A stretch of 64,000 nt of DNA, from assembly GCA_011525685.1 (NCBI GenBank), contig WYBW01000168.1:25859-89858 (forward strand). The letters run 5' to 3'. Below are positions 9,283 through 17,735 of the stretch, in pieces (the stretch's first letter is position 1; the number at the start of each line of letters is the position of its first letter). The stretch is from Verrucomicrobiia bacterium. GTDB taxonomy: Bacteria > Verrucomicrobiota > Verrucomicrobiia > Limisphaerales > JADLHS01. The position numbers and the translations under genes were made by a program. The notes beneath the pieces are model-generated. The model was not told the DNA's origin and did no database searches. It worked only from the letters and a program-made list of their open reading frames with translations.

Positions 9283-11727
9283 TTGGTGGGTCTCGCGGCA
9301 CTCACCGCAGTCGCAGGGTGGTTTGGATTGCTTCACTTGCCTCTGCACGCCCAGGAACTGCAGACCGCGGCGGAGGTGCGCGGTCTCACGGTGGCCGAAG
9401 CGCAGCGAAACCTCCCGGTCAAGCTGCGTGGGGTGGTGACCTTCTTCGACGAAACCCTGTTCTCACGGTTCATGCAGGACGAGACGGCTGGCATTTACCT
9501 CCGCGAATCCACGAACACCCCGTGGTTGACGGCCGGGCAGTGGGTCGAGGTGGAGGGTGTGACGAGTCCCGGTGAGTACGCGCCCATCGTGGAACCGGCG
9601 CGGGTGCGTGTGCTCGGGCAGGCGCCGCTGCCCGCGGCCAGGTCGGTGATGTTCGACGCCCTCGCCAGCGGCCAGCACGACAGTCAGTTCGTCGAGTTGA
9701 CCGGGATTGTGCGGTCGGTGCAGTTTGATCAGCCTTCGCAGCATCACCTGCTTCAGCTTGCCACTGGCGGCGGACGGCTTTCCGTTTACGTCAGGGAACT
9801 GCCGGTGGCGAAACCGGAGAAGCTGGTGGACAGCACAGTACGGGTGCGCGGGGTCTGTTCCACCCAGTTCAATCGCCAACGCCAGTTGTTTGCCATCCGC
9901 CTGATGGTCCCGCGCCCGGAGGACTTGATGATCGAAGTGCCTGCGGCGGACGATCCGTTTGCCGCACCTGCCCGCGCCATCGGAAGTTTGCTCCAGTTCA
10001 CACCCCGCGAAGTGCATGGGCATCGGGTCAAGGTCACGGGCACGGTGGTTTACCATCTGCCGGGAGGCCCCTTGTTCTTGCAGGAAGGGGACGAAGGCCT
10101 GCAGGTGCATAGTCAGCCGGGCGAGCCGCTGCAAGTGGGCGACCACGTCGAAGTGCTTGGGTTTCCCGCGCAAGGCGAATACACGCCGGTGCTGCAAGAT
10201 GCCGTGTATCGGCGGACGGGGAGTGGCGTCCCACCAGAACCGGCGATGATTTCCACGGACGAAGCCTTGACCGGAAGATACGACTGTCGGTTGGCGCGGC
10301 TGGAGGCAAACCTCCTGGATCGCGCCCGGCACAGTCGGGAGCAATTCCTCGTGCTCGAGGCCGACGGTTTCATCTTCCACGCCTACCTGCAACCGACGGG
10401 AGTAAGCGACGCCTTTGCCCAACTCCCAAACGGCAGCCACGTGTCGGTCACGGGGGTGTGTCTGATCGAACCGGGCGAGTGGCAGGCCGGCGATTCGTGG
10501 CGGGCCAAATCGTTCCGGTTGCTGCTGCGTTCGCCGCAGGATGTCCTGGTGTTGCACGCCCCGCCGTGGTGGACCTTCAGGAGGGTTCTCTGGATGGCAG
10601 GCGTGCTGGGACTGGCGACGCTGGCGGCCTTTGGCTGGGTGGGAGTGCTCCGGCGGCGGGTGCAGCAGCAAACGGACATCATCCGCGAGCAGTTGCGCGT
10701 GGAGGCGGCGCTCAAGGAACGTTTTGTGGACTTGTTTGAAAACGCCAACGACATGGTCTTCACGCACGATGCTGACGGTGTCATCACCTCCATCAACAAA
10801 ACGGGCGAAAGCCTCCTGCAACGTCCGCGCGAGTCCATCTTGAACCGTAACGTGATCGAGTTCCTCGCGGAGGAGCAGCAGTCCGCCGCCCGCCAATGGC
10901 TCCGGCAGGTGGTCAGTGGGGCGGAGTTGCCGGCGGCGGAATGGGATTTCATCAACGCCGCCGGCCAGCGAGTGAAACTGGAGATCAGCGCCCGGCTTCT
11001 CGAACAGAATGGGGCGAGAGTCGAAGTGGAGGGTATCGCCCGCGACATCACCGAGCGACGGCGACTGGAGCGCGAACTGTTGGAGGTCAGCAACCGCGAG
11101 CAGCGGCGCATCGGGCACGACCTGCACGACGGCATCTGCCAGCAACTCGCGGCGGTCAACTACCTGGTGGACATGCTGGGTGACCGCTTGCGGGAGCGGG
11201 GCGCCATGGAAGCCGCCGAAGCCGAGCGGATCGGCACTCTGATTCAGGAGGCGAACGCCCAAGCGCGCGGCGTGGCGCGTGGCCTGTTTCCGGTCCGGTT
11301 GGGGGAGGAAGGCCTTGTGTTGGCGTTGGAGGATCTGGCGGCCAGCGCCGCCAATCGCTACCGCCTCAATTGCCGGTTCGACTGCCAGATCACGCCCGTC
11401 AAAATGGACAGCCAGGTGGAGTTGCATCTCTACTACATCGCGCAAGAAGCCTTGTTGAATGCGATCAATCATGGTAAAGCCACCCGCGTGATCATGACGC
11501 TGGCAGCCGACGCCGACCGGTTCAAACTGACCGTGCAGGACAACGGGGCGGGCTTCGACCCCGCAAAGCCCGCGCGGAGCGGCATGGGCATCCGGATCAT
11601 GCGCCATCGTGCAAAGGTGATTGCCGCAACCTTGGAAGTGCAAAGCCAGCCCAACGACGGAACGCAGGTCACCTGCTTGTTCAGCCCCACGCTGCGCGAA
11701 TCGCCTCCACCAATTGCCCATGCCTGA
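9283..11727 (+). CDS. Sensor histidine kinase, HisKA_3/HATPase_c (NarL-partner type), with large extracytoplasmic repeat domain, one TM segment and a PAS domain
   Basis: Start TTG 9283/GTG 9286 gives signal-like LVGLAALTAVAGWFGLLHLPLHAQE; ORF track starts at 9043. About 400-aa periplasmic region with four repeated about 100-aa modules (..VKLRGVVT.., ..VELTGIVRSV.., ..VKVTGTVVYH.., ..VSVTGVCLIE..). TM helix WWTFRRVLWMAGVLGLATLAAFGWVGVL. PAS-like FENANDMVFTHDADGVITSINKTGESLL. HisKA_3 H-box REQRRIGHDLHDGICQQL. HATPase_c YYIAQEALLNAINHG...DNGAGFDP. Confidence 0.85.
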   Translation: MVGLAALTAVAGWFGLLHLPLHAQELQTAAEVRGLTVAEAQRNLPVKLRGVVTFFDETLFSRFMQDETAGIYLRESTNTPWLTAGQWVEVEGVTSPGEYAPIVEPARVRVLGQAPLPAARSVMFDALASGQHDSQFVELTGIVRSVQFDQPSQHHLLQLATGGGRLSVYVRELPVAKPEKLVDSTVRVRGVCSTQFNRQRQLFAIRLMVPRPEDLMIEVPAADDPFAAPARAIGSLLQFTPREVHGHRVKVTGTVVYHLPGGPLFLQEGDEGLQVHSQPGEPLQVGDHVEVLGFPAQGEYTPVLQDAVYRRTGSGVPPEPAMISTDEALTGRYDCRLARLEANLLDRARHSREQFLVLEADGFIFHAYLQPTGVSDAFAQLPNGSHVSVTGVCLIEPGEWQAGDSWRAKSFRLLLRSPQDVLVLHAPPWWTFRRVLWMAGVLGLATLAAFGWVGVLRRRVQQQTDIIREQLRVEAALKERFVDLFENANDMVFTHDADGVITSINKTGESLLQRPRESILNRNVIEFLAEEQQSAARQWLRQVVSGAELPAAEWDFINAAGQRVKLEISARLLEQNGARVEVEGIARDITERRRLERELLEVSNREQRRIGHDLHDGICQQLAAVNYLVDMLGDRLRERGAMEAAEAERIGTLIQEANAQARGVARGLFPVRLGEEGLVLALEDLAASAANRYRLNCRFDCQITPVKMDSQVELHLYYIAQEALLNAINHGKATRVIMTLAADADRFKLTVQDNGAGFDPAKPARSGMGIRIMRHRAKVIAATLEVQSQPNDGTQVTCLFSPTLRESPPPIAHA

Positions 11728-12445
11728 AGCCGACAAAACCCTCGCTCCCCCCGCCGCCGCGGGCGATTCTTCGGCAGCGGGCCCATCCGCCCCGCGAAAG
11801 CGCGTGTTCATCGTGGATGACCACACCATGTTTCGCGAAGGTCTGCGGCAGTTGATTGACCGGGAACCGGGATTGACCGTTTGCGGCGACGCCGCGGATG
11901 CGATCGAGGCCTTGCCCGCGATCCGCCAAACCCGCCCCGACGTCGTGCTGGTGGACATTTCTCTGGCTGGCGCCAGCGGGATTGATCTCATCAAAGACCT
12001 CAAGCAGGAGTTCGAGGATTTGCCCGTGCTGGTGGTTTCGATGCACGACGAGTCGCTCTACGCCGAACGGGCGTTGCGCGCCGGTGCCATGGGCTATGTC
12101 ATGAAACACGAACCGGCCAAGACTGTGAAAGCGGCCATCCACAAAGTGCTGGCCGGGGAAATGTATCTGAGCGACAAAATGTCCGGCAGTGTCCTCAAAA
12201 AGCTGTGGCTTGGCCAGCCGGAGCAGCCCAAGTCGCCCATCGCCCTGTTGAGTGATCGGGAACTGGAAGTCTTCCGGCTCTTGGGACAGGGGCACGGGGT
12301 GCGGCTGATTGCCGAGAAGCTCGACGTCACCATCCCCACCGTTAATTCCTTCCGCAATCGTATCAAGGAGAAGCTCGGCCTGAAGTCCTCCACCGAGGTC
12401 ATGCTCCATGCCATCCAATGGTTTCGGGATGAATCCTCGAAGTAA
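11720..12445 (+). CDS. Response regulator, NarL/FixJ family (REC + LuxR-type HTH)
   Basis: ATG at 11720 overlaps the kinase stop (ATGCCTGA). REC domain RVFIVDDHTMFREGL...DVVLVDISLAGASGIDL. LuxR HTH LSDRELEVFRLLGQGHGVRLIAEKLDVTIPTVNSFRNRIKEKLG. Confidence 0.9.
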   Translation: MPEADKTLAPPAAAGDSSAAGPSAPRKRVFIVDDHTMFREGLRQLIDREPGLTVCGDAADAIEALPAIRQTRPDVVLVDISLAGASGIDLIKDLKQEFEDLPVLVVSMHDESLYAERALRAGAMGYVMKHEPAKTVKAAIHKVLAGEMYLSDKMSGSVLKKLWLGQPEQPKSPIALLSDRELEVFRLLGQGHGVRLIAEKLDVTIPTVNSFRNRIKEKLGLKSSTEVMLHAIQWFRDESSK

Positions 12446-12495
12446 TTCGCGCGCGGGCTGACCCTTTGATTGGGCTCTCAACGTATCGCCTGTCG

Positions 12496-12610
12496 GTAAC
12501 GCCGACTTCCCAGTCGGCTCTGGCGGCGGAGTGTCCAGCCGAGAGCTCGCAGCGCCAATCACAAGTCTTACTCCGAGGAGTGACTGTGCCGGTTGGAAAT
12601 CCGGCGCTAC
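12496..12610. repeat. Structured palindromic intergenic repeat, copy C (core GTAACGCCGACTTCCCAGTCGGC...GCCGGTTGGAAATCCGGCGCTAC with about 64-nt insertion carrying its own hairpin)
   Basis: Outer 9-bp stem GTAACGCCG/CGGCGNTAC, internal hairpins GCCGAC-N6-GTCGGC and CCGGTT-GGAA-AACCGG (GNRA loop). Related to the copies at 13721..13771 and 14008..14068. Lies 50 bp downstream of the response-regulator stop. Confidence 0.6.
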
Positions 12611-12743
12611 AGGTGGCAATCAACTCGTTCCGCCGGTGCGGCTCAAAGTCGAAGATCGAAACCACCCAAGTCTCCTGAGCATTTTAGCGAGCCGCGCACG
12701 ATGAGGATTTTCAATCATAAGGCTCTCGGCTGAAAAAGTTCTT

Positions 12744-12779
12744 TGACAAGGCGCGCAGGTGTGTAGTAGAAGCTATTAC
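12744..12779 (+). promoter_or_regulatory. Candidate promoter/operator TTGACA-N13-GTAGTAGAAGCTATTAC upstream of the PEP-CTERM gene
   Basis: Same spacing and near-identical 17-bp imperfect palindrome (in inverted orientation) as upstream of the paralogous gene at 5406/5451. Confidence 0.4.
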
Positions 12780-12847
12780 ATCAAAGGCTGCGAGCTGGGT
12801 AAGGCTTGCCGTCGCAACCGGATAATACCGAACAACCATTGGCGATT

Positions 12848-13540
12848 ATGAAAACATTGCTCAAGAGCTACGCGGTTACATTGGTTACACTTTTCGTTCT
12901 TCTGGCTGCCAGAAACACGAGCCATTCCCAAGTTCAAGTGACCGTTGATCCCGGGGCGACTTGGCTGGGCTACATGAATGTCTTCGAACTCCCGATCAAC
13001 GGCGGAGGCTTTGTGTTTGGCAGCCCGTGGGGCACAGCGGATTTGGTCGCCACTTTCTCGGGAAGCACGCTTACACTGTCGCCAAACACCATCGGCGACC
13101 CTGATCCTTTCTGGTATATTGGCGGAGGCGGACCTGGCGCGCAGGGCAACAAGATCATGGAAGCCAACATGTACATCGAGAACACAGGCGGCTTGAACGG
13201 TCAGAATGTCACCTTCTCCGGCTTGGTTTCGGCCAACACTTTGGTCAGCCCGTACACCTCAATTGCGTTCATCAAGGACTTTGCGCCGGACTATTCCTCG
13301 TTCAACGTGATCACCGCCCCGCTGGTTGAAGGCGCATTCAGCATCAACCTGGATACGCTGGCCGACCCGACCCGCCATGTGCAGTACGGATTTACGACGG
13401 TCGGGCCCAATGTGTGGATTACGGACGTCGGTCCCTTGGGTGCGGTGCAGATCACGGCCATCCCCGAGCCTTCGATCCTGGCTTTGCTCGCGGTCGGTGT
13501 CGCCGGACTGCTGGTCCTGCGGCGCCAGCGCCGCGCCTGA
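12848..13540 (+). CDS. PEP-CTERM sorting domain protein (paralog of the N-terminal domain of the 5406..7223 protein)
   Basis: ATG 12848 gives MKTLLKSYAVTLVTLFVLLAA signal. C-terminus ..ITAIPEPSILALLAVGVAGLLVLRRQRRA is a canonical PEP-CTERM tag (PEP motif, TM helix, basic tail). N-terminal domain aligns with the 5406 protein. Confidence 0.85.
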   Translation: MKTLLKSYAVTLVTLFVLLAARNTSHSQVQVTVDPGATWLGYMNVFELPINGGGFVFGSPWGTADLVATFSGSTLTLSPNTIGDPDPFWYIGGGGPGAQGNKIMEANMYIENTGGLNGQNVTFSGLVSANTLVSPYTSIAFIKDFAPDYSSFNVITAPLVEGAFSINLDTLADPTRHVQYGFTTVGPNVWITDVGPLGAVQITAIPEPSILALLAVGVAGLLVLRRQRRA

Positions 13541-13662
13541 ACCTTCTGCGATCCGGGAGGTCGGGTTTGCCTGCGGCTTATCCATCTCGAAATGCTGGGC
13601 ATGGATTGGGGCGCTGACACTGAAATGCCCTCTGCCGTCCATCCAAGGCTCGCCAAGATTAG

Positions 13663-13771
13663 TCAGCCTTGAACCCCCGGGCGGTCAGTCCGCAAAGCTC
13701 CCTTCTGCTCGCCGCCCACCGTAACGCCGACTTTCCAGTCGGCGACTGGCCGGTTGGAAAACCGGCGTTAC
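13663..13771. repeat. Structured palindromic intergenic repeat, copy A (about 109 bp; 3' 51 nt = GTAACGCCGACTTTCCAGTCGGCGACTGGCCGGTTGGAAAACCGGCGTTAC)
   Basis: About 95% identical over about 110 bp to copy B at 13957..14068. Perfect outer stem GTAACGCCG/CGGCGTTAC, inner hairpins GCCGAC-TTTCCA-GTCGGC and CCGGTT-GGAA-AACCGG. Confidence 0.7.
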
Positions 13772-13956
13772 TTTGCGACCCGGTTGACCACCTCGGGTGC
13801 AATTGAAAGTGACGGTCCATTTGCGTGGTGGCAGTGCTCGCGCTGCGAGCACTCCGCCCGCGCAGAGCGGGCGGAACGTCGCCGTCAGGGTTGCGCCGCC
13901 GCACGCGGCAACACGGCTCGCAGCGCAAGCCGTCCCACCCCAGAGACCGCCACGTT

Positions 13957-14068
13957 CAGTCCGCCTTGAACTCCCGGACCGTCAGTCGCCACAGCTCCCG
14001 TCTGCTCGCCGCCCACTGTAACGCCGACTTTCCAGTCGGCGACTGGCCGGTTGGAAAACCGGCGTTAC
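13957..14068. repeat. Structured palindromic intergenic repeat, copy B
   Basis: Direct repeat of copy A, same orientation, about 285 bp away; located downstream of the hemC 3' end on the other strand. Confidence 0.7.
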
Positions 14069-14237
14069 CCTCGTGACCCGGTGGGCAGTCTCACCAACAT
14101 CTGCGACTCCGTAGCCCGGCTGACCGGCACTTGGTTCGAGAAGAACGACCACCCGACGCACATCCGACACGAATGCGCAGAGTTTCGCGAGGTGCCCGCC
14201 ACTTTCGCATCCGTCAGCGAGGTGAATCGCTCACCCG

Positions 14238-15260
14238 TCACCGTAGCGCCGTTGCCAGTTCGGTTCCCAGTTCCACCGCTTCCTTGAGGGGGCGTTGGGC
14301 CTCGCCGCGTTTGACCTGCTCGTCCCGGTAAGAAACGGCGCGCATCCGGATTTGCTGGCCGCTGACCTCGGCGTGAGCCGCCACCGGACTGAGACATCCA
14401 CCTCCCATGGCGTGCAGGAAGGCCCGCTCCGCGGTCACGCATTGGAAGGTGTTGTAGTGGTTCAGCCGCTCGCAGAGCTTGCCGATCCGCTCGTCATCCG
14501 AGCGAATCTCGATGCCAATGGCCGCCTGGCCGACGCAGGGCAGCATCACGTCCAAGCCCAACACCGTGGCCAACAGTCCGTCCGGCACGGCGTCGCCTTG
14601 AATGTTCCCGTCCGGAGTCAGTGTGAAATTCAACCGGGTGATCCCGGCGAGCGCCAGGACGGTGGCGTCCAGTTCCGCGCGATCGGCCACTTTTTGCAGA
14701 CGGGTCGAGACGTTGCCGCGAATTTCCACCACGTTCAGATCCGGCCGCACGGCGAGCAACTGCGCCTTGCGCCGCGTGCTGCTGGTGGCGATGGTTGCCC
14801 CCGAGCGAAAATCCGCCAGCGTCGCCTGCGGCCTCAGCCCGCGCAGCGCGCCCTGGCCGGGAGTCCACTCGTCTCCGCGATGATTGTCCGGGTTGGTGAA
14901 ATAGGCGTCGTCGCGATAGATCAAGACGTCGCGCACGTCGGCGCGCTTGGGCGTGGCAGCGAGTTTCAACCCGGCGGGCAGGTCGGTCGGCAAATCCTTG
15001 AGGCTATGCACGGCCAGGTCGGCGTGGCCTTTGAGCAGGGCGACCTCCAGTTCCTTGGTGAACAGCCCTTTCGGGAGGCTGTCGCTGGTCCGGGCCAGGG
15101 AGGCTTTTTGCAGCTTGTCGCCGGTGGTCTTGATGATCTTCAACTCGAAACGCAGCCGGGGAAAGGCGGCGCGGCATTGCGCGGCAATCTGGTTGGCCTG
15201 AGCGAGCGCCAGGGCGCTGCCGCGGGTGGCGATGATGATGGGGCGCTTGGAATCAAACAT
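14238..15260 (-). CDS. hemC: Porphobilinogen deaminase (hydroxymethylbilane synthase)
   Basis: 340 aa; MFDSKRPIIIATRGSALALAQANQIAAQ..ELKIIKTTGDKLQ..LARTSDSLPKGLFTKELEVALL, typical HemC N-terminal and cofactor-binding motifs. Confidence 0.9.
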   Translation of the reverse strand: MFDSKRPIIIATRGSALALAQANQIAAQCRAAFPRLRFELKIIKTTGDKLQKASLARTSDSLPKGLFTKELEVALLKGHADLAVHSLKDLPTDLPAGLKLAATPKRADVRDVLIYRDDAYFTNPDNHRGDEWTPGQGALRGLRPQATLADFRSGATIATSSTRRKAQLLAVRPDLNVVEIRGNVSTRLQKVADRAELDATVLALAGITRLNFTLTPDGNIQGDAVPDGLLATVLGLDVMLPCVGQAAIGIEIRSDDERIGKLCERLNHYNTFQCVTAERAFLHAMGGGCLSPVAAHAEVSGQQIRMRAVSYRDEQVKRGEAQRPLKEAVELGTELATALR

Positions 15261-15350
15261 GGGGAAACTGAGGAGTCTTTGGTGTTGCGTGATGCGTGAT
15301 GCGTCAGGTGTGCCTGCGCACGGTCAGCAACCTGTCCTGAAGGTTCATAA

Positions 15351-16442
15351 TCAACCGTTGCCGGAGGAAGGTTGGACAGAACATGGAGCATGCAACACGT
15401 CACCCGCTCCCGGAACAGAGGTGCTGGCGGCCGGTTTCCCGCCCAGCAGCCCTTTCACCCTGTCCGCGATGATCGCTTCGCATCGCGCGATCTCCTCCCG
15501 GCGTTGTTTGAGAGAATCGTCCGCGATGGATTGCAGGTCGTCTATGTTGTAGAGGTAAACGTTCTCCAGGAAGATCACCTCCGGGTCAATGTCCCGGGGC
15601 ACGGCGATGTCGATCAGCAACAACGGCCGATCGCGGCGAAGTCTCATCAACCGCTCCAGCTTGGGGCGGTCAAGAATGTGGTGGGGAGCTGCGGTGCTGC
15701 TGATGACGATGTCCACGGCCTCGAACTCGGCGGCCCAGTCGTCGAAAGGGACGGCGCGTCCGCCGAGTTCCCGGGCGAGCGCTGCCGCGCGTTCGAAGGA
15801 GCGGTTGGCCACCAGGATGCCGCGGGCGCCGTGGGACAACAAGGCCCGCGCGGTTTTCTCGCTCGTGTCTCCGGCGCCGATGACCATGACTTCGTGGTCT
15901 TGCAGCGAGTTGAAGATCTTCTCCGCCAACTCGACGGCCACCGAAGCCACGGAGACGCTGCCGCGCTGGATGTTGGTTTCCGTGCGAATGTGCTTGGCCA
16001 CGTTGAAGGCCCGCTGAAACGCCTTGTTCAACCGCGGTCCCGTGTGGCCTCCGGAGAGGGCCACTTCGTAGGCTTTCTTGAGCTGTCCGAGGATTTCGGT
16101 TTCGCCCAGAACCATCGAGTCCAGTCCGCAGGCGACCTTGAACAGATGCACCAGGCTCTGCGGTTCGCTCAAGGTGTAGAGTTCGTCGCGGAGCGGCTCT
16201 TTGTATTCATGGTGTTGGACCAGGAATTCCCGCAGGCCGGCGAAGGCCTGTGCCGGCTCCAGGGGCGTGGCGGCATAAATCTCCACCCGGTTGCAGGTCG
16301 AGAGGATGACCGCCTCCTCCGCAATGTGGTGGCGGCGCAACCACTCCAGCGCGGACGGCACGCGCGCCTCGGCAAAGGCGAATCGCTCCCGCACAGCCAC
16401 GGGCGACGAACGATGACTCAGGCCGACTAGGACAATGGACAT
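15351..16442 (-). CDS. hemA: Glutamyl-tRNA reductase
   Basis: 363 aa; MSIVLVGLSHRSSPVAVRERFAF...AVILSTCNRVEIYAA..NAD-binding VMVIGAGDTSEKTARAL; immediately upstream (same strand) of hemC. Confidence 0.9.
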   Translation of the reverse strand: MSIVLVGLSHRSSPVAVRERFAFAEARVPSALEWLRRHHIAEEAVILSTCNRVEIYAATPLEPAQAFAGLREFLVQHHEYKEPLRDELYTLSEPQSLVHLFKVACGLDSMVLGETEILGQLKKAYEVALSGGHTGPRLNKAFQRAFNVAKHIRTETNIQRGSVSVASVAVELAEKIFNSLQDHEVMVIGAGDTSEKTARALLSHGARGILVANRSFERAAALARELGGRAVPFDDWAAEFEAVDIVISSTAAPHHILDRPKLERLMRLRRDRPLLLIDIAVPRDIDPEVIFLENVYLYNIDDLQSIADDSLKQRREEIARCEAIIADRVKGLLGGKPAASTSVPGAGDVLHAPCSVQPSSGNG

Positions 16443-16569
16443 GGCTGACAGAATTCGAACCGCAGGACTTGCTCTTTGTTACAACGCGCCGTGCGAGGAA
16501 CCGTTGACATTCCGAGCCACGCCAACCTGCCCGGCGGGCCGTCGTTTGGAATCTGGCGGGAGTCCGGTT

Positions 16570-17391
16570 TCATGGATGATGCAGGCCGGAGAGCAGGTTG
16601 GTTCCCCAGAAGGTCAACAAGACGAACGCAAAGATGCCGATGACTCCGCAGGCGAAACGTCGTCCCGAAAATGAAAAGCGCCAGCGTCCGACCAACAAGC
16701 CCAGATAGAGCAGCCACAGGACGATGGACCAGATGACCTTGGCATCCTTGAGAAACGGCGCGCCTTCGGGCCGCGGCAGGCGGCCGCCCGCCAGCAGTCC
16801 AATGGTGAGGAGGCAGAAACCCACCCACAAGAGCCGGTTGGTGACCAGCTCCAGCCGTTGAATGGACGGCAGCAGCGAGAGGACGGCGCGGAGTTTGTTG
16901 AACTTGAGATTATGCTGCTGGGTCAGGAACATGATGGCCGCCACGGAGGCCAGTCCAAACGCGCCATAGGCCAGGAGGATCATCGTGGCGTGGAAGCTGG
17001 GCAGCCAGCCGCTGAACTCCGTCCGCGCCCCGCGAGGCGGATCCAAGCCCGGCATCAGGGCAAACACCCCGATGACGAAGAGCACGGGCGAAGCGAAAGC
17101 GGCCAGATGGCGCAAGCGCGGCATCAGGCCGACAATCAGACAAGCCAGGGCCAGCGCCCAGGCGATGAAGATGGTCGCCTCGAAAAGATTGTTGACCGGA
17201 CAACGATTGAGCGAAAAGCCTCGCTGCACCATGGCGGAGGTGTGCAACCCAAAGGCCGCCAGCAGCAAGAGGTAATTCACCCGGTCATGCGTGCGAAAAC
17301 CCTTCCGCCAGAGGAAGACGGAGTAAACCATGCTCAATCCGTAAACCACCACGGCCAGCAGGAAAGTGTGTCGGTCATTGAACCACGCCAC
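16570..17391 (-). CDS. Cytochrome c assembly protein (CcsA family; HemX-like membrane protein in hemA operon)
   Basis: 273 aa polytopic membrane protein (MAWFNDRHTFLLAVVVYGLSMVYSVFLW... 8 predicted TM). CcsA/HemX-like composition. Sits directly upstream of hemA as hemX does in Firmicutes-type hem operons. Confidence 0.75.
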   Translation of the reverse strand: MAWFNDRHTFLLAVVVYGLSMVYSVFLWRKGFRTHDRVNYLLLLAAFGLHTSAMVQRGFSLNRCPVNNLFEATIFIAWALALACLIVGLMPRLRHLAAFASPVLFVIGVFALMPGLDPPRGARTEFSGWLPSFHATMILLAYGAFGLASVAAIMFLTQQHNLKFNKLRAVLSLLPSIQRLELVTNRLLWVGFCLLTIGLLAGGRLPRPEGAPFLKDAKVIWSIVLWLLYLGLLVGRWRFSFSGRRFACGVIGIFAFVLLTFWGTNLLSGLHHP

Positions 17392-17499
17392 GACAACAGG
17401 TTAAGGGGTCGCGGCGGGGGTGCAAGCGACAAGTGCCGAGGAGAGTCCGAAGATCACGGCTGCTCAAAAGGTCTGACGCAAGCCCTTGATTTTGGTCGA

Positions 17500-17635
17500 G
17501 GTCCGAAATCCGAGAAACCGAAGTCCGAAAGAAACCCAAAGCCCGAGTTCCGAGCGGCGGAGGCACGCTTGGACATCCAAGCAACGCGGGCTTCGGATTT
17601 CGGAGCTCCTTCGGCCTTCGGGTTTAGGATTTCAA
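17500..17635. repeat. Long imperfect inverted repeat rich in CCGAA/TTCGG units (12-bp perfect arms TCCGAAATCCGA / TCGGATTTCGGA about 80 bp apart) in the accD-hem intergenic region
   Basis: Seen directly: GTCCGAAATCCGAGAAACCGAAGTCCGAAAG ... GCTTCGGATTTCGGAGCTCCTTCGGCCTTCGGG. Could fold into an extended stem-loop on either strand. Confidence 0.4.
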
Positions 17636-17735
17636 ATCTCCGATGCTCACCCATCCTCTTTCGCAGTCGAATGCGGGCGGCGCTGACATGAACGTCCACT
17701 CTCAGGGCGAGGCGCGGGTCGGCCAGCCAACCGCG

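Noticed and set aside
506-12619. Numerous long ORFs on the strand opposite to genes 1-7 (for example 506..1648-, 2881..4071-, 6522..7382-, 7440..9062-, 9463..12003-, 11681..12619-)
   Set aside because: Typical GC-rich antisense shadow ORFs: Arg/Gly/Ala/Pro-rich, no motifs, and they fully overlap forward genes with strong family signatures.
14295-16430. Forward ORFs 14295..15299 and 15372..16430 over hemC/hemA
   Set aside because: Antisense to unmistakable HemC and HemA sequences.
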